A stretch of DNA of 64,000 nucleotides from the NCBI GenBank assembly GCA_030704615.1, contig CM060734.1, positions 25,978,001 to 26,042,000 of the forward strand. The letters run 5' to 3'. Below are positions 39,125-51,500 of this stretch, one piece after another; the stretch's first letter is position 1, and every line of letters begins with the position of its first letter. Both the position numbers and the translations under genes were made by a program. The DNA is from Takakia lepidozioides. Its lineage: Eukaryota > Plantae > Bryophyta. Under the pieces are notes generated by a model, which did not search any database, was not told where the DNA came from, and was given only the letters and a program-made list of their open reading frames with translations.

Positions 39125-40369
39125 GTGCGGCATGCCTATAAGGAGTTGGGGCATTTTGGAGTGCGACGCACTCATAGTTTACTGCAGGGACAGTATTGGT
39201 GGCGTGGTATGCACACAGAGGTGCAACAGTTCGTGGCTAGGTGCATGGTGTGTGACAGGGTGCGTGCTTCATTCAATGCCCCTACACCACAGTTGCATCC
39301 TTTACCCATCATGGGATTGGGCTACAGGTGGAGTCTTGACTTCGTAGGGCCGTTGTCATTGACGATGCGCCGCCACAAATATGTGTTGGTGATGGTGGAG
39401 CACTGGATTGAGTTGGTTCCATTGCCTGACAAGGCTAGTGAGGGGGCTGCGTATGCATTCCTAGATCGTGTGCTTAGCCGATTTGGTGCTCCAGCTGAGA
39501 AACTCACGGACCAAGGGAGAGAGCTCTTGAGAGAGTTTCAGGCTTTGTGTGATAAAGCCTTGATAGACCACCGTACCACTTCTCGAGATCATCTTGAGGC
39601 CAATGGCTTGGCAGAGAGAGTGGTGCAGACGGTGAAGAGGGGTTTGCGTAAGTATGGCTTGCAAAAGGGACACCTAGGAGATTGGGATCTTCAGGTACCT
39701 TGGCTAGCCATGGGCTACAGGTTTAGCAAGCAAGCATCACTTGCCTCCTTCTCACCATACTTCTTTCTCTTTGGCCGAGAGCCAGATTTGTCTACGTCTA
39801 TTTGCAGGGAGGCTGCACTAGTCCTCAACCTTGATGATCCGGATGTGTAGACACAAGCATGTGCCCAGCGGGCAGAGTTGTTCAAGAGAGTCATGCCTAT
39901 GGCTTTTGAGAATCTGTCTATTGCCCAACACCGAGACACATTGAGGTATGCCACTATACGTGGAGGGGGATATCGGCCAGGTGTTCGGCGTTTCTACCCT
40001 GGGGACTATGTGTATCTGCAGCAGACAACGCCCACAACCTTGGATGTCACAGCAGGACGTGTGATTCTAAGGGTCAGGGAGGTGTTGCTTTCAGGAGTGT
40101 TGATTCTGGAGGGTCGAGATGGCATGGTATGGAAGGACCGTGTGCGTAATTGTGTGCCATGTCACCTTCCACATGTGGATGGGAGGATAGATCTCACCCT
40201 TGCAGTGGTACCTGCAGGGTTGTGTTGCATGTTATGTGGGCACGCTCGTGGTGCCGCCACTATGCTGGTGTGTGATCGATGCTCAAGAGGTTGGCACATG
40301 GGATGCTTGACACCACCTCTTGAGAGGGTTCTTAATGGAGATTGGTTATGTCCACACTGCTTGGGATAG
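39125..40369 (+). CDS. DDE integrase with C-terminal PHD finger (stop at 39848)
   Basis: ELGHFG..CMVC; WSLDFVGP; TDQGRE; GLAER; PHD 40226-40360 CMLC-x11-CDRC-x4-HMGC-x14-CPHC with the conserved W (C4HC3). Confidence 0.93.
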
Positions 40370-40618
40370 TGACAGTGGATATGACTAGTGGCAGCTAACA
40401 AGATATGGGAGGCCAAGCTCATAGGAGTCAATACCCGAGATCTCAGGCTCAAGTTCACAGGTTGCAAGACGGCGACTAACGATGGGGCAACTCTTGTACC
40501 CGGCCTCTTGATCTATCGAGTTTGAGTGTAGTAGGGACAGTGGTGGAGGACTTAGTGAGGCTATGGCCACTATCACATCTTGTGGCTACCTGGACTTAGA
40601 GGGACCTAAGCGCCAGCT

Positions 40619-41496
40619 AGGGGGGCGATTGTGATGGACTAGTGGCTGCACTAGTGGTGGCTAGTGACAGCCTAGCGGTTGGACTAGTGGCTGCACTACT
40701 GGCGGCTAGTGGCAGACTAGTGGTGGACTAGTGGCTGCACTAATGGTGGCTAGTGGCAGACTAGTGGTTGGACTAGTGGCTGCACTAGTGGTGGCTAGTG
40801 GCAGCCTAGTGACGGACTAGTGGCTGCACTAGTGGTGACTAGTGGTTGTCTAATGGCAACCTAGTGGTGCACTAGTTGATAGACTAGTGTTTGGTGTGCA
40901 CATGTGTTGTGTGATTTTGGACAGCGATGTAGTTGTGTAGCGATATGTATGCGCATGACAGCTGTCAAGTTATTTTACCACTAGTGTGAAGTTAGCTAGG
41001 AAATAGCTAGCTTTTATATATTGACATTTGGGATTGACCCGAGTGTCAATCCAGGGACCAATACATGTTTGGGCACCTGGCGTGGTTATCTTCACGGCAG
41101 ATCGCGGTGGGCTCATCTTTCTCGAGTTGAGCCTCACCGCGTCTAGCTATGGCGCCGTAGTGTGTGGGGTGCACTTGGCTCGACTTAATATATGAGTGAT
41201 GTTTTCATATGCAAGTATGTGAGTTTGAGAGAGCTTGTGTGCTTGTACTATTCCTTCCCTTATCATTGTGATGGACTAATGGCTGCACTAGTGGTGGCTA
41301 GTGGCATACTGGTGGTGGACTAGTGGCTGCACTAATGGTGGCTAGTGGCAGACTAGTGGTTGGACTAGTGGCTGCACTAGTGGTGGCTAGTGGCAGCCCA
41401 GTGGTGCACTAGTGATAGACTAGTGTTTGGTGTGCACATGTGTTGTGTGATTTTGGACAGCGATGTAGTTGTGTAGCGATATGTATGCGCATGACA
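40619..41496 (+). repeat. PPT-like tract followed by B1 (40630-40960), GC, A2 (40963-41265), B2 (41267-41496)
   Basis: aggggggcga precedes tgtgatgg. B1 and B2 share the start, the end (...gcgcatgaca) and internal gactagtggctgcactagtggtggctagtggca microrepeats, differing in copy number. Confidence 0.88.
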
Positions 41497-44046
41497 AGTT
41501 GAATCCATTTGGAGAAATGTTCCACCATCTCCAGCACATACTTGTTATGGTGAATCGTCAGTGACAATGGGCCTGCGAAGTCAAGACTCCAACGATAGCC
41601 CAAACCCATAATGGGTAAAGGATGCAATTGTGGAGTAGGGGCGTTGAAAGAAGTCCGCACTCTATCACACACCGTGCACCTTGCCACTAACTGTTGCACA
41701 TTTGTGTGCATGCCCCGCCACCAATACTGCCCTTGCAGCAAACTATGAGTGCGCCGCACCCCAAAATGTCCCAACTCCTCATGGGCATGGCGTACCAATC
41801 GCGCTCGTTGTGTTGGATGAGGCACAATCCTCACTCGTCCATCCTCCCATACCCTGAGTAGATGAGTCCCCTCCCACTTAAACCTCTTGGCTCGTTGTAG
41901 GACCCGATCCCTCTCCTTAGCAGTCACACTGGCTGTTGTCTATCCGGTATGAAGGTATGCCAACACTGCTGCATCTTCATGCACATCCTTAGCACCACCA
42001 AACTCCTCACTAGTCTCTGGATCGTCATGCACGCTATCTACATGACCAATCGCATGGGATGAACTAGCTTGAGCTCTCATTGCTAGAATGCACAAAAAGG
42101 CCGATGCATGTCATCCTGGCACCATCTCCTCATCCGTCTCACCATGCCACCGAGCTCCAGTATCATCATGCTCGCTCGTGCATGGATTACGACTCAATCC
42201 ATCTACATCCCGATTGTCAATACCGGCTCGATGCACCACCTAGAAGTCGTATTCTTGAAGCATAAGTGCCCATCGTGCAAGCTTCCCTGTAAGCTTGTCT
42301 GACTCCATCAACCACTTCAATGGTTGGTGATCCGTGACAAAAGTGAAGAGATTGTCATAGAGGTAGCATCTGAAATGTGCCACTGCCCATACCGCAACTA
42401 GACACTCCCCTTCATAGGAACTATACTTCGCCTCGGCATCATTGTTCGAGCGGCTAGCATATACCACTACGAACTCTCTTCCCTCATCATCCACATGTGT
42501 GAGCACTGCTCCAATCCCCAGCATACTCCAATCCGTATGTAGCTGGAAAGGCCGCCCCTGAATAGGCCACCTCAGAATAGGTGCAGAAGTCAATCGAGCC
42601 TTGAGTTCCTCAAAGGCTTCCTCCTGCTCCTCCTCCCACTGCCACTCTTGACCCACCTTGGTCAATTTGGTAAGAGCCTTTGCAATACTGCTAAATCCCT
42701 TGACAAACCGTCGATAGTAGTTTGCCAATCCCATGAAAGCACGAACTCTGCTCACATCTATGGGGTGTGGAATGCATGCAATGGCCTGCACCTTTGTCTG
42801 TTGAACACCCAATCCTCCAGGGTATATCATGTGGCCCAGATACTCAATCTGATTGTGGAAGAACTTGCACTTTCCGGGGTGTAGTTTCAACCCGTGCGCT
42901 CTCAAGCGCTCAAACACCACCTGAAGATGTCTCTCATGCTCCTCAACCGTAGCACTAAAGACGTTGATGTCATCAATATAGCATCGGACGAAGTCTAGCC
43001 CCGCGAGAATCCTATCCATGACCCTCTGAAACTCTGCAGGAGCATTCTTCAACCCAAACGGTAAGAACCGCCATTGGTACAAACAATCCTTCCCATGTTG
43101 GTCAATCCCCCAGAATGCCGTCTTTTGTTTGTCAGCCTCTTTGATTGGCAACTGGTGGTAACCGGATCGCAAGTCCAATGTGCTAAACACCTTTGCATGC
43201 CCAATGGCATCAAAGATCTCCTCTGGAGTTGGCATGGCATATCTATCGGACTTAGTCTGACGGTTCACATGACGATAGTCCCCACACATCCTTCTTTCTG
43301 TCCAATTGCCATAGATATCCTTCTTAGCTGGCATCACCGTTGCCGAGGCATACTCCCCGCCTGACAACTCCACCAATCCAGCTTTGTACAACTCCATAGT
43401 CCGTGACTGGATCAATGACCTCTCCATGTCACTATACCGGTAGGGCCTTCGAAAGATTGGCGTGTCACTTGCCAAATCAATACGAATCTCCTGACCCTTC
43501 AAACTCCCCAAATCCTTCAAACTGAAGGCAAAGCAATTTCTATAAGCCCTTAGAAATCGTTGGATCCTCCGTCTCTCTCCTTCGGTGACTATAGGTCCAA
43601 CATCTGGTTCCCAATTGTCCTCAGTGACTGCAACCTTGGGTACACCAGGCTTGGAGGTAGGAGACGAATCCTTTGGTTGCTAGATAGCAACCTCTTGGGC
43701 CTTGTCCGCCCAATCTGACTGTGGCGTAGCCTCCACTTACTCCGCCATAGCCACCTTGAGAACATCCTCTGAGCAAGAAACATTCTCAACCTCTTCAAAA
43801 ACCTTGGCCACTTTGGCCTCCAACTGATCCTCAGTCCATGGCTCTCCCCACTCCTCATACTGCTGCTTGAGAGATCCAATGACTCTCTCTTTGCGCATCT
43901 CATCCCACATCTGCCATGGGTGTTTGCAACTCACGATCATGTGTTCGCCCCCACTCACTGCCTCAACCGTCCCGGTTGGCAGGGAGGATGCACTATCCAA
44001 TGGGAGTGCAGAAGTAGCCACCAATGCTTGCAATCTCCGTTGCTCA
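41497..44046 (-). mobile_element. 5' part (post-DNMT linker, RT, RNase H, integrase N-half) of the older host copy; truncated
   Basis: ORF 42240-43520 RT/RH (YIDD, LHTDWS); 41409-41927 integrase start; EQRR..ALPL..SLPTGTVEAVSGG..CKHPW matches the linker that follows the DNMT in the intact copy. Confidence 0.92.
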
Positions 44047-44089
44047 GAACAGACATCGTCTGCATCCAAACCACATTTTATTCCCTCAT

Positions 44090-45520
44090 TTGCACTCCAA
44101 GGTGAAGTTATCTTCAACTTCATGCACTCTTCATAGAGAGTTCTACAATAGTGAGCATAGAGCAAAGGATGAACGTTTTTTTTCAAAACATTTTCCTTTG
44201 GTACATTTTTTGGCAAGGACGTGGTGGTGCGAGGGTTCAACTCACAGAACAAAATCAAGCCAAAAACAAAATCATTGCGCCCCACACCATTGCGCCCCAC
44301 AATCCTATGCCCTCTAAATCATTTTATTTAGTAAAAATCCAGTTCAATTCAAAATTGGATGAAAGGGTGAACGGAAAATTCCCCAATGAAATGATATTTT
44401 ATTGTTCCGAAACTTTGCAAGTGTCTTCTACATACCCTCTTACACGTCTTTGAGAAGTATGACATCAATCTAAAATGGTTTAAAGGGTGAACCAATCGTC
44501 CCCCTACCAAATGATTTTAAATTGATTTGAAACTTTGCAAGTGTCTTGTACATGCCCTCTTATAGGTCTTTCACAAGTTTCAAATCAATCTAAAATGGTT
44601 GAAAGGGTGAATCAATCATGAACATATCAAATGATTTTTGAGTGCTTTAAAGCTTTGCAAGTGTCTTTCACATGCCATTTTAAAGGTACCGGACAAGTAT
44701 GAGGTCAGTAAAATATGGTTGAAAAGGTGAACCAATTGTTCCTCTATCAAATGATTTTACATTGCTCTGAAGCTTTGCAAGTGTCAGCCACATGCCCTCT
44801 TACAAGTACCGGACAAGTATGACGTGAATAAAAAATGGTTGAAAGGGTGAACCAATCATTCCGCTATCAAATGATTTTATATTGCTTTGGATGTCATTGC
44901 TTTGGTAATTCTAGCCCCCCAATGGCCCATTCTAACCCTTGAATTACAATTCAAAATGTAATTCAAGCCCTTAAATTGGTAATGCCAATCCCTAAAATGA
45001 CCAACCCCGGCCGCCCCTCAAATTGTAATTTGAGCCCTTGAAATTGTCAATTCCAACCCCTCAAATTGCAATTGAAGCCCCTGAAGTTTAATTCCAACCC
45101 CTCAAATTGCACTTCTAGCCCCTGAAATGGCAATTCCCGCCCCTCAAATTGCAATTGTAGCCTGTGAAATGGCAATTGCTAGTGTAGCCCCTCAAATGGC
45201 AATTTCAGCCCCTCAAATTGCAAGTCCAGCCCCTGAAAATGGCAATTCGAGCCCCAGAAATGGCAATTTCAGCCCCTCAAATTGCAAGTCCAGCCCCTAA
45301 AATTGGCAATTCGAGCCCTAGAAATGCCAATTTCAGCCCCTGAAATTGGCTATGGGTGAACCAATCATTCCCCTGCCAAATGATTTTGGATTGATTTGAA
45401 ACTTTGCGAGTGTCTTGTACATGTCCTCTTAAAGTTACAGGACAAGTATGATGTCAATGTAAAATGGTTCAAAGGGAGAACCAACAGTTCCCCTGTTGGA
45501 TGATTCATGATTAATCGTTA
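44090..45520. repeat. Diverged satellite-related sequence with ~120-bp subunits, interrupted by ~20-bp repeats (cccctcaaattgcaatt, ~44915-45350)
   Basis: aaatggttgaaagggtgaaccaat..aaatgatttt recurs about every 120 bp and resembles the reverse complement of the satellite subunit; 44090-44290 resembles the satellite's unique part. Confidence 0.7.
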
Positions 45521-45524
45521 ACGT

Positions 45525-48500
45525 TTGATCTCATATTACACTGGGACCTATCAGAGGGTACATTGAACACACTGGCCAAGTCTCAAAGCGAACGAAAATC
45601 ATTTGGATGGGCAACCATCCGTTGGCCCATTGAACGAATTTCGATTGATCTCATATTACTCTAGGGCCTCTTCCATGGTACATTGAACATACTGGCCAAG
45701 TCTCAAAGCGAACCAAAATCATTTGGATGGGCAACCATCCGTTGAGCCATCGACTGAATTTCGATTGATATGATATTAATCCGGGACCTGTGAGAGGGTG
45801 TCTTGAACGTACTGGCAAAGTTTGGAAGCAAACAAAAACGATTTGGATGGGCAACCATCCGTTCACCCATTGAATGTATTCTGTTGGATCTGCTATTACT
45901 TTATGACCTGTTTGGACTGCATTTCGCGTGCTCATGTTTTTTTCTTTTCATTCCGTTTTTTAATGGGGCGTGTGATGACTCTATATGCAACGTGCATGCC
46001 AAATTTGGGAGCGGTCAAAAATCATTTGGACCCAAAACCACAATTTCTTGCCTGTTTTGCACTCCAAACTTGATTTGTGCTCTACTTCATGCACTTTTCA
46101 TAGAAGAGTTCTGCAATAGTGAGCGAAGAGAACACTTTTTTTTTGGGGCATTTTTGATTGGTCCAAATTTCGGCGGGGGAGTAGGACTGGGATGCTTGAA
46201 GCCGCAGAACAAAAATGAGCCAAAAACAAAATCGATACGTGCCAGAAACCCCGGATGAAAGGCAGTGCAAACCTATTTATTGGCTTAAAATTAATTTAAA
46301 TTCAATTACATTCTGGAATGGCTTGGTGTCGATGGGGAGGCAAATGATTTATTCGTCTCTTGTGTCTTCGCACATGTGTTGCACACATGTTCAAGCACAT
46401 GCAGGCAAAAGAGGGCTTCAACCACATCCGTTCAATGGGTGCAATAGCCGTGCACGCATTGCAGGATTTCTTTTTCGCAATGAACAAAAACCAGATGACA
46501 ATTGAACACCTCATTGGCCCATCGAACGAGTTTCGATTGATCTTGTATTACACTGGGACCTATCAGAGGGTACATTGAACACACTGGCCAAGTCTCAAAG
46601 CGAACGAAAATCATTTTGATAGGCAACCATCCGTTGGCCCATTGAGCGAATTTCGATTGATCTCATATTACTCTAGGGCCTCTTCCATGGTACATTGAAC
46701 ATACTGGCCAAGTCTCAAAGCGAACCAAAATCATTTGGATGGGCAACCATCCGTTGAGCCATCGAATGAATTTCGATTGATCTGATATTAGTCTGGGACC
46801 TGTGAAAGGGTGTCTCAAATGTACTAGCAAAGTTTGGAAGCAAACAAAAATGATTTGGATGGGCAACCATCCGTTCGCCCATTGAATGTATTATGTTGGA
46901 TCTGCTATTATCTTGGGACTTGTTGGACTGCGTTTCCCGTGCTCATGTTTTTTTTTTCATTCCGTTTTTTAATATGGCATGTGATGACTCCATATGCAAC
47001 GTGCGTGCCAAATTTGGGAGCGATCAAAAATCATTTGGACCCAAAACCACAATTTCTTGCCCGTTTTGCACTCCAAACTTGATTTGTGCTCTACTTCATG
47101 CACTTTTCATAGGAGAGTTCTGCATAGTGAGCGAAAAGAACACTTTTTTTTGGGGGCATTTTTGATTGGTCCAAATTTCGGCGGGGGAGTAGCAGTGGGA
47201 TGCTTGAAGCCGCAGAACAAAATTGAGCCAAAAACAAAATCGATGAGTGCCAGAAACCCCCGATGAAAGGTAGTGCAAACCTATTTATTGGCTTAAAATT
47301 AATTTAAATTCAATTACATTCTCGAATGGCTTGGTGTCGATGGGAAGGCAAATGATTTATTCGTCTCTTGTGTCTTCGCACATGTGTCGCACACATGTTC
47401 AAGCACATGCGGGCAAAAGAGGGGCTTCAACCACATCCGTTCAATGGGTGCAATAGCCGTGCACGCATTGCAAGATTTCTTTTTCGCAATGAACAAAAAC
47501 CAGATGACAACTGAACGCCTCATTGGCCCATCGAACAAATTTCGATTGATCTCGTATTACACTGGACCTATCAGAGGGTACATTGAACACACTGGCCAAG
47601 TCTCAAAGCGAACGAAAATCATTTGGATGGGCAACCATCCGTTGGCCCATTGAACGAATTTCGATTGATCTCATATTACTCAGGGGCCCCTTCCATGGTA
47701 CATTGAACACACTGGCCAAGTCTCAAAGCGAACGAAAATCATTTGGATGGGCAACCATCTGTTGGCCCATTGAACGAATTTCGATTGATCTCATATTACT
47801 CAGGGGCCTCTTCCATGGTACATTGAACATACTGGCCAAGTCTCAAAGCGAACAAAAATGATTTGGATGGACAACCATCCGTTCACCCATTGAATGTATT
47901 ATGTTGGATCTGCTATTACTTTACGACCTGTTGGACTGCATTTCACGTGCTCATGTTTTTTTTTTCTCATTCTGTTTTTTAATGGGGCGTGTGATGTCTC
48001 CATATGCAACGTGCATGCCAAATTTGGGAGCGGTCAAAAATCATTTGGACCCAAAATCACAATTTTCTTGCCCGTTTTGCACTCCAAACTTGATTTGTGC
48101 TCCACTTCATGCACTTTTTATAGGAGAGTTCTGCAATAGTGAGCGAAGAGAACACTTTTTTTTTGGGGCATTTTTGATTGGTCCAAATTTTGGCGGGGGA
48201 GTAGCAGTGGGATGCTTGAAGCCGCAAAACAAAAATGAGCCAAAAACAAAATCGATTCGTGCCAAAATCCCCCGATGAAAGGCAGTGCAAACCTATTTAT
48301 TGGCTTAAAATTAATTTAAATTCAATTACATTCTGGAATGGCTTGGTGTCGATGGGGAGGCAAATGATTTATTCGTCTCTTGTGTCTCCGCACATGTGTC
48401 GCACACATGTTCAAGCACATGCGGGTAAAAGAGGGCTTCAACCACATCCGTTCAATGGGTGCAATAGCCGTGCACGCATTGCAGGATTGTTTTTTCGCAA

Positions 48501-51500
48501 TGAACAAAAACCAGATGACAATTGAACGCCTCATTGGCCCATCGAACGAATTTCGATTGATCTTGTATAACACTCGGACCTATCAGTGGGTACATTGAAC
48601 ACACTGGCCAAGTCTCAAAGCGAACGAAAATCATTTGGATGGGCAACCATCCGTTGGCCCATTGAGCGAATTTCGATTGATCACATATTACTCTAGGGCC
48701 TCTTCCATGGTACATTGAACATACTAGCCAAGTTTCAAAGCGAACCAAAATCATTTGGATGGGCAACCATGCGTTGAGCCATCGAATGAATTTCGATTGA
48801 TCTGATATTAGTCCGGGACTTGTGAGAGGGTGTCTCGAACGTACTGGCAAAGTTTGGAAGCAAACAAAAATGATTTGGATGGGCAACCATCCGTTCACCC
48901 ATTGAATGTATTCAATTGGATCTGCTATTGTCTTGGGACTTGTTGGACTGCGTTTCACGTGCTCATTTTTTTTTTTCATTCCGTTTTTTAATGGGGCGTG
49001 TGACGACTCCATTTGCAACGTGCGTGCCAAATTTGGGAGCGATAAAAAATCATTTGGACCCAAAACCACAATTTCTTGCCCGTTTTGCACTCCAAACTTG
49101 ATTTGTGCTCTACTTCATGCACTTTTCATATGAGAGTTCTGCAATAGTGAGCGAAAAGAACACTTTTTTTTGGGGGCATTTTTTATTGGTCCAAATTTCG
49201 GCGGGGGAGTAGTAATGGGATGCTTGAAGCCGCAAAACAAAAATGAGCCAAAAACAAAATCGATACATACCAGAAACCCCGGATGAAAGGCAGTGCAAAC
49301 CTATTTATTGGCTTAAAATTAATTTAAATTCAATTACATTCTGGAATGGCTTGGTGTCGATGGGGAGGCAAATGATTTATTCGTCTCTTGTGTCTCCGCA
49401 CATGTGTCGCACACATGTTCAAGCACATGCGGGTAAAAGAGGGGCTTCAACCACATCCGTTCAATGGGTGCAATAGCCGTGCACGCATTGCAGGATTGTT
49501 TTTTCGCAATGAACAAAAACCAGATGACAATTGAACGCCTCATTGGCCCATTGAACGAATTTCGATTGATCTTGTATAACACTCGGACCTATCAGTGGGT
49601 ACATTGAACACACTGGCCAAGTCTCAAAGCGAACGAAAATCATTTGGATGGGCAACCATCCGTTGGCCCATTGAGCGAATTTCGATTGATCACATATTAC
49701 TCTAGGGCCTCTTCCATGGTACATTGAACATACTCGCCAAGTCTGAAAGGGAACCGAAATCATTTGGATGGGCAACCATCCGTTGAGCCATTGAATGAAT
49801 TTCGATTGATGTGATATTAGTCCGGGACTTGTGAGAGGGTGTTTCGAACGTACTGGCAAAGTTTGGAAGCAAACAAAAATGATTTGGATGGGCAACCATC
49901 CGTTCACCCATTGAATGTATTGTGTTGGATCTGCTATTATCTTGGGACTTGTTGGACTGCGTTTCGCGTGCTCATGTTTTTTTTTTTATTCCATTTTTGA
50001 ATATGGCATGTGATGACTCCATATGCAACGTGCGTGCCAAATTTGGGAGCGATCAAAAATCATTTGGACCCAAAACCACAATTTCTTGCCCGTTTTGCAC
50101 TCCAAACATGATTTGTGCTCTGCTTCATGCACTTTTCATAGGAGAGTTCTGCAATAGTGAGCGAAAAGAACACTTTTTTTTTGGGGCATTTTTTATTGGT
50201 CCAAATTTCGGCGGGGGAGTAGGAGTGGGATGCTTGAAGCCGCAAAACAAAAATGAGCCAAAAACAAAATCGATACATACCAGAAACCCCGGATGAAAGG
50301 TAGTGCAAACCTATTTATTGGCTTAAAATTAATTTAAATTCAATTACATTCTGGAATGGCTTGGTGTCGATGGGGAGGCAAATGATTTATTCGTCTCTTG
50401 TGTCTCCGCACATGTGTCGCACACATGTTCTAGCACATGCGGGTAAAAGAGGGGCTTCAACCACATCCGTTCAATGGGTGCAATAGACGTGCACGCATTG
50501 CAAGATTTCTTTTTTCGCAATGAACAAAAACCAGATGACAATTGAATGCCTCATTGGCCCATTGAACGAATTTCGATTGATCTTGTATTACATTGGGACC
50601 TATCAGAGGGTACATTGAACACACTGGCCAAGTCTCAAATCGAACGAAAATCATTTGGATGGGCAACCATCCGTTGGCCCATTGAGCGAATTTCGATTGA
50701 TCACATATTACTCTAGGGCCTCTTCCATGGTACATTGAACATACTGGCCAAGTCTGAAAGCGAACCGAAATCATTTGGATGGGCAACCATGCGTTGAGCC
50801 ATCGAACAAATTTCGATTGATGTGATATTAGTCCGGGACTTGTGAGAGGGTGTTTCGAACGTACTGGCAAAGTTTGGAAGCAAACAAAAATGATTTGGAT
50901 GGGCAACCATCCGTTCACCCATTGAATGTATTCTGTTGGATCTGCTATTATCTTGGGACTTGTTGGACTGCGTTTCGCGTGCTCATGTTTTTTTTTTCAT
51001 TCCATTTTTAAATGGGGCATGTGATGACTCCATATGCAATGTGCGTGCCAAATTTGGGAGCGATCAAAAATCATTTGGACCCAAAACCACAGTTTCTTGC
51101 CCGTTTTGCACTCCAAACATGATTTGTGCTCTGCTTCATGCACTTTTCATAGGAGAGTTCTGCAATAGCGAGCGAAGAGAACACTTTTTTTTGGGGGCAT
51201 TTTTGATTGGTATAAATTTCGGCGGGGGAGTAGGAGTGGGATGCTTGAAGCCGCAGAACAAAAATGAGCCAAAAACAAAATCGATACATACCAGAAACCC
51301 CCGATGAAAGGCAGTGCAAACCTATTTATTGGCTTAAAATTAATTTAAATTCAATTACATTCTCGAATGGCTTGGTGTCGATGGGGACGCAAATGATTTA
51401 TTCGTCTCTTGTGTCTCCGCACATGTGTCGCACACATGTTCAAGCACATGCGGGTAAAAGAGGGCTTCAACCACATCCGTTCAATGGGTGCAATAGCCGT

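Larger units (their letters stand above)
30485..41496 (+). mobile_element. Full-length Ty3/gypsy-like retrotransposon encoding a C5 DNA methyltransferase and an integrase-PHD, with split direct repeats
   Basis: Termini TGTCA...TGACA; 4-bp TSD AGTT (30481-30484 / 41497-41500); removing it restores the host integrase frame WIQLLALPDK. Domain order gag-PR-DNMT-RT-RH-IN-PHD; several stops and frameshifts. Confidence 0.93.

Noticed and set aside
30485-41496. DIRS/Ngaro tyrosine-recombinase element
   Set aside because: Despite the split repeats, it encodes an aspartic protease and a DDE integrase and has a TSD; no recombinase motif was seen.
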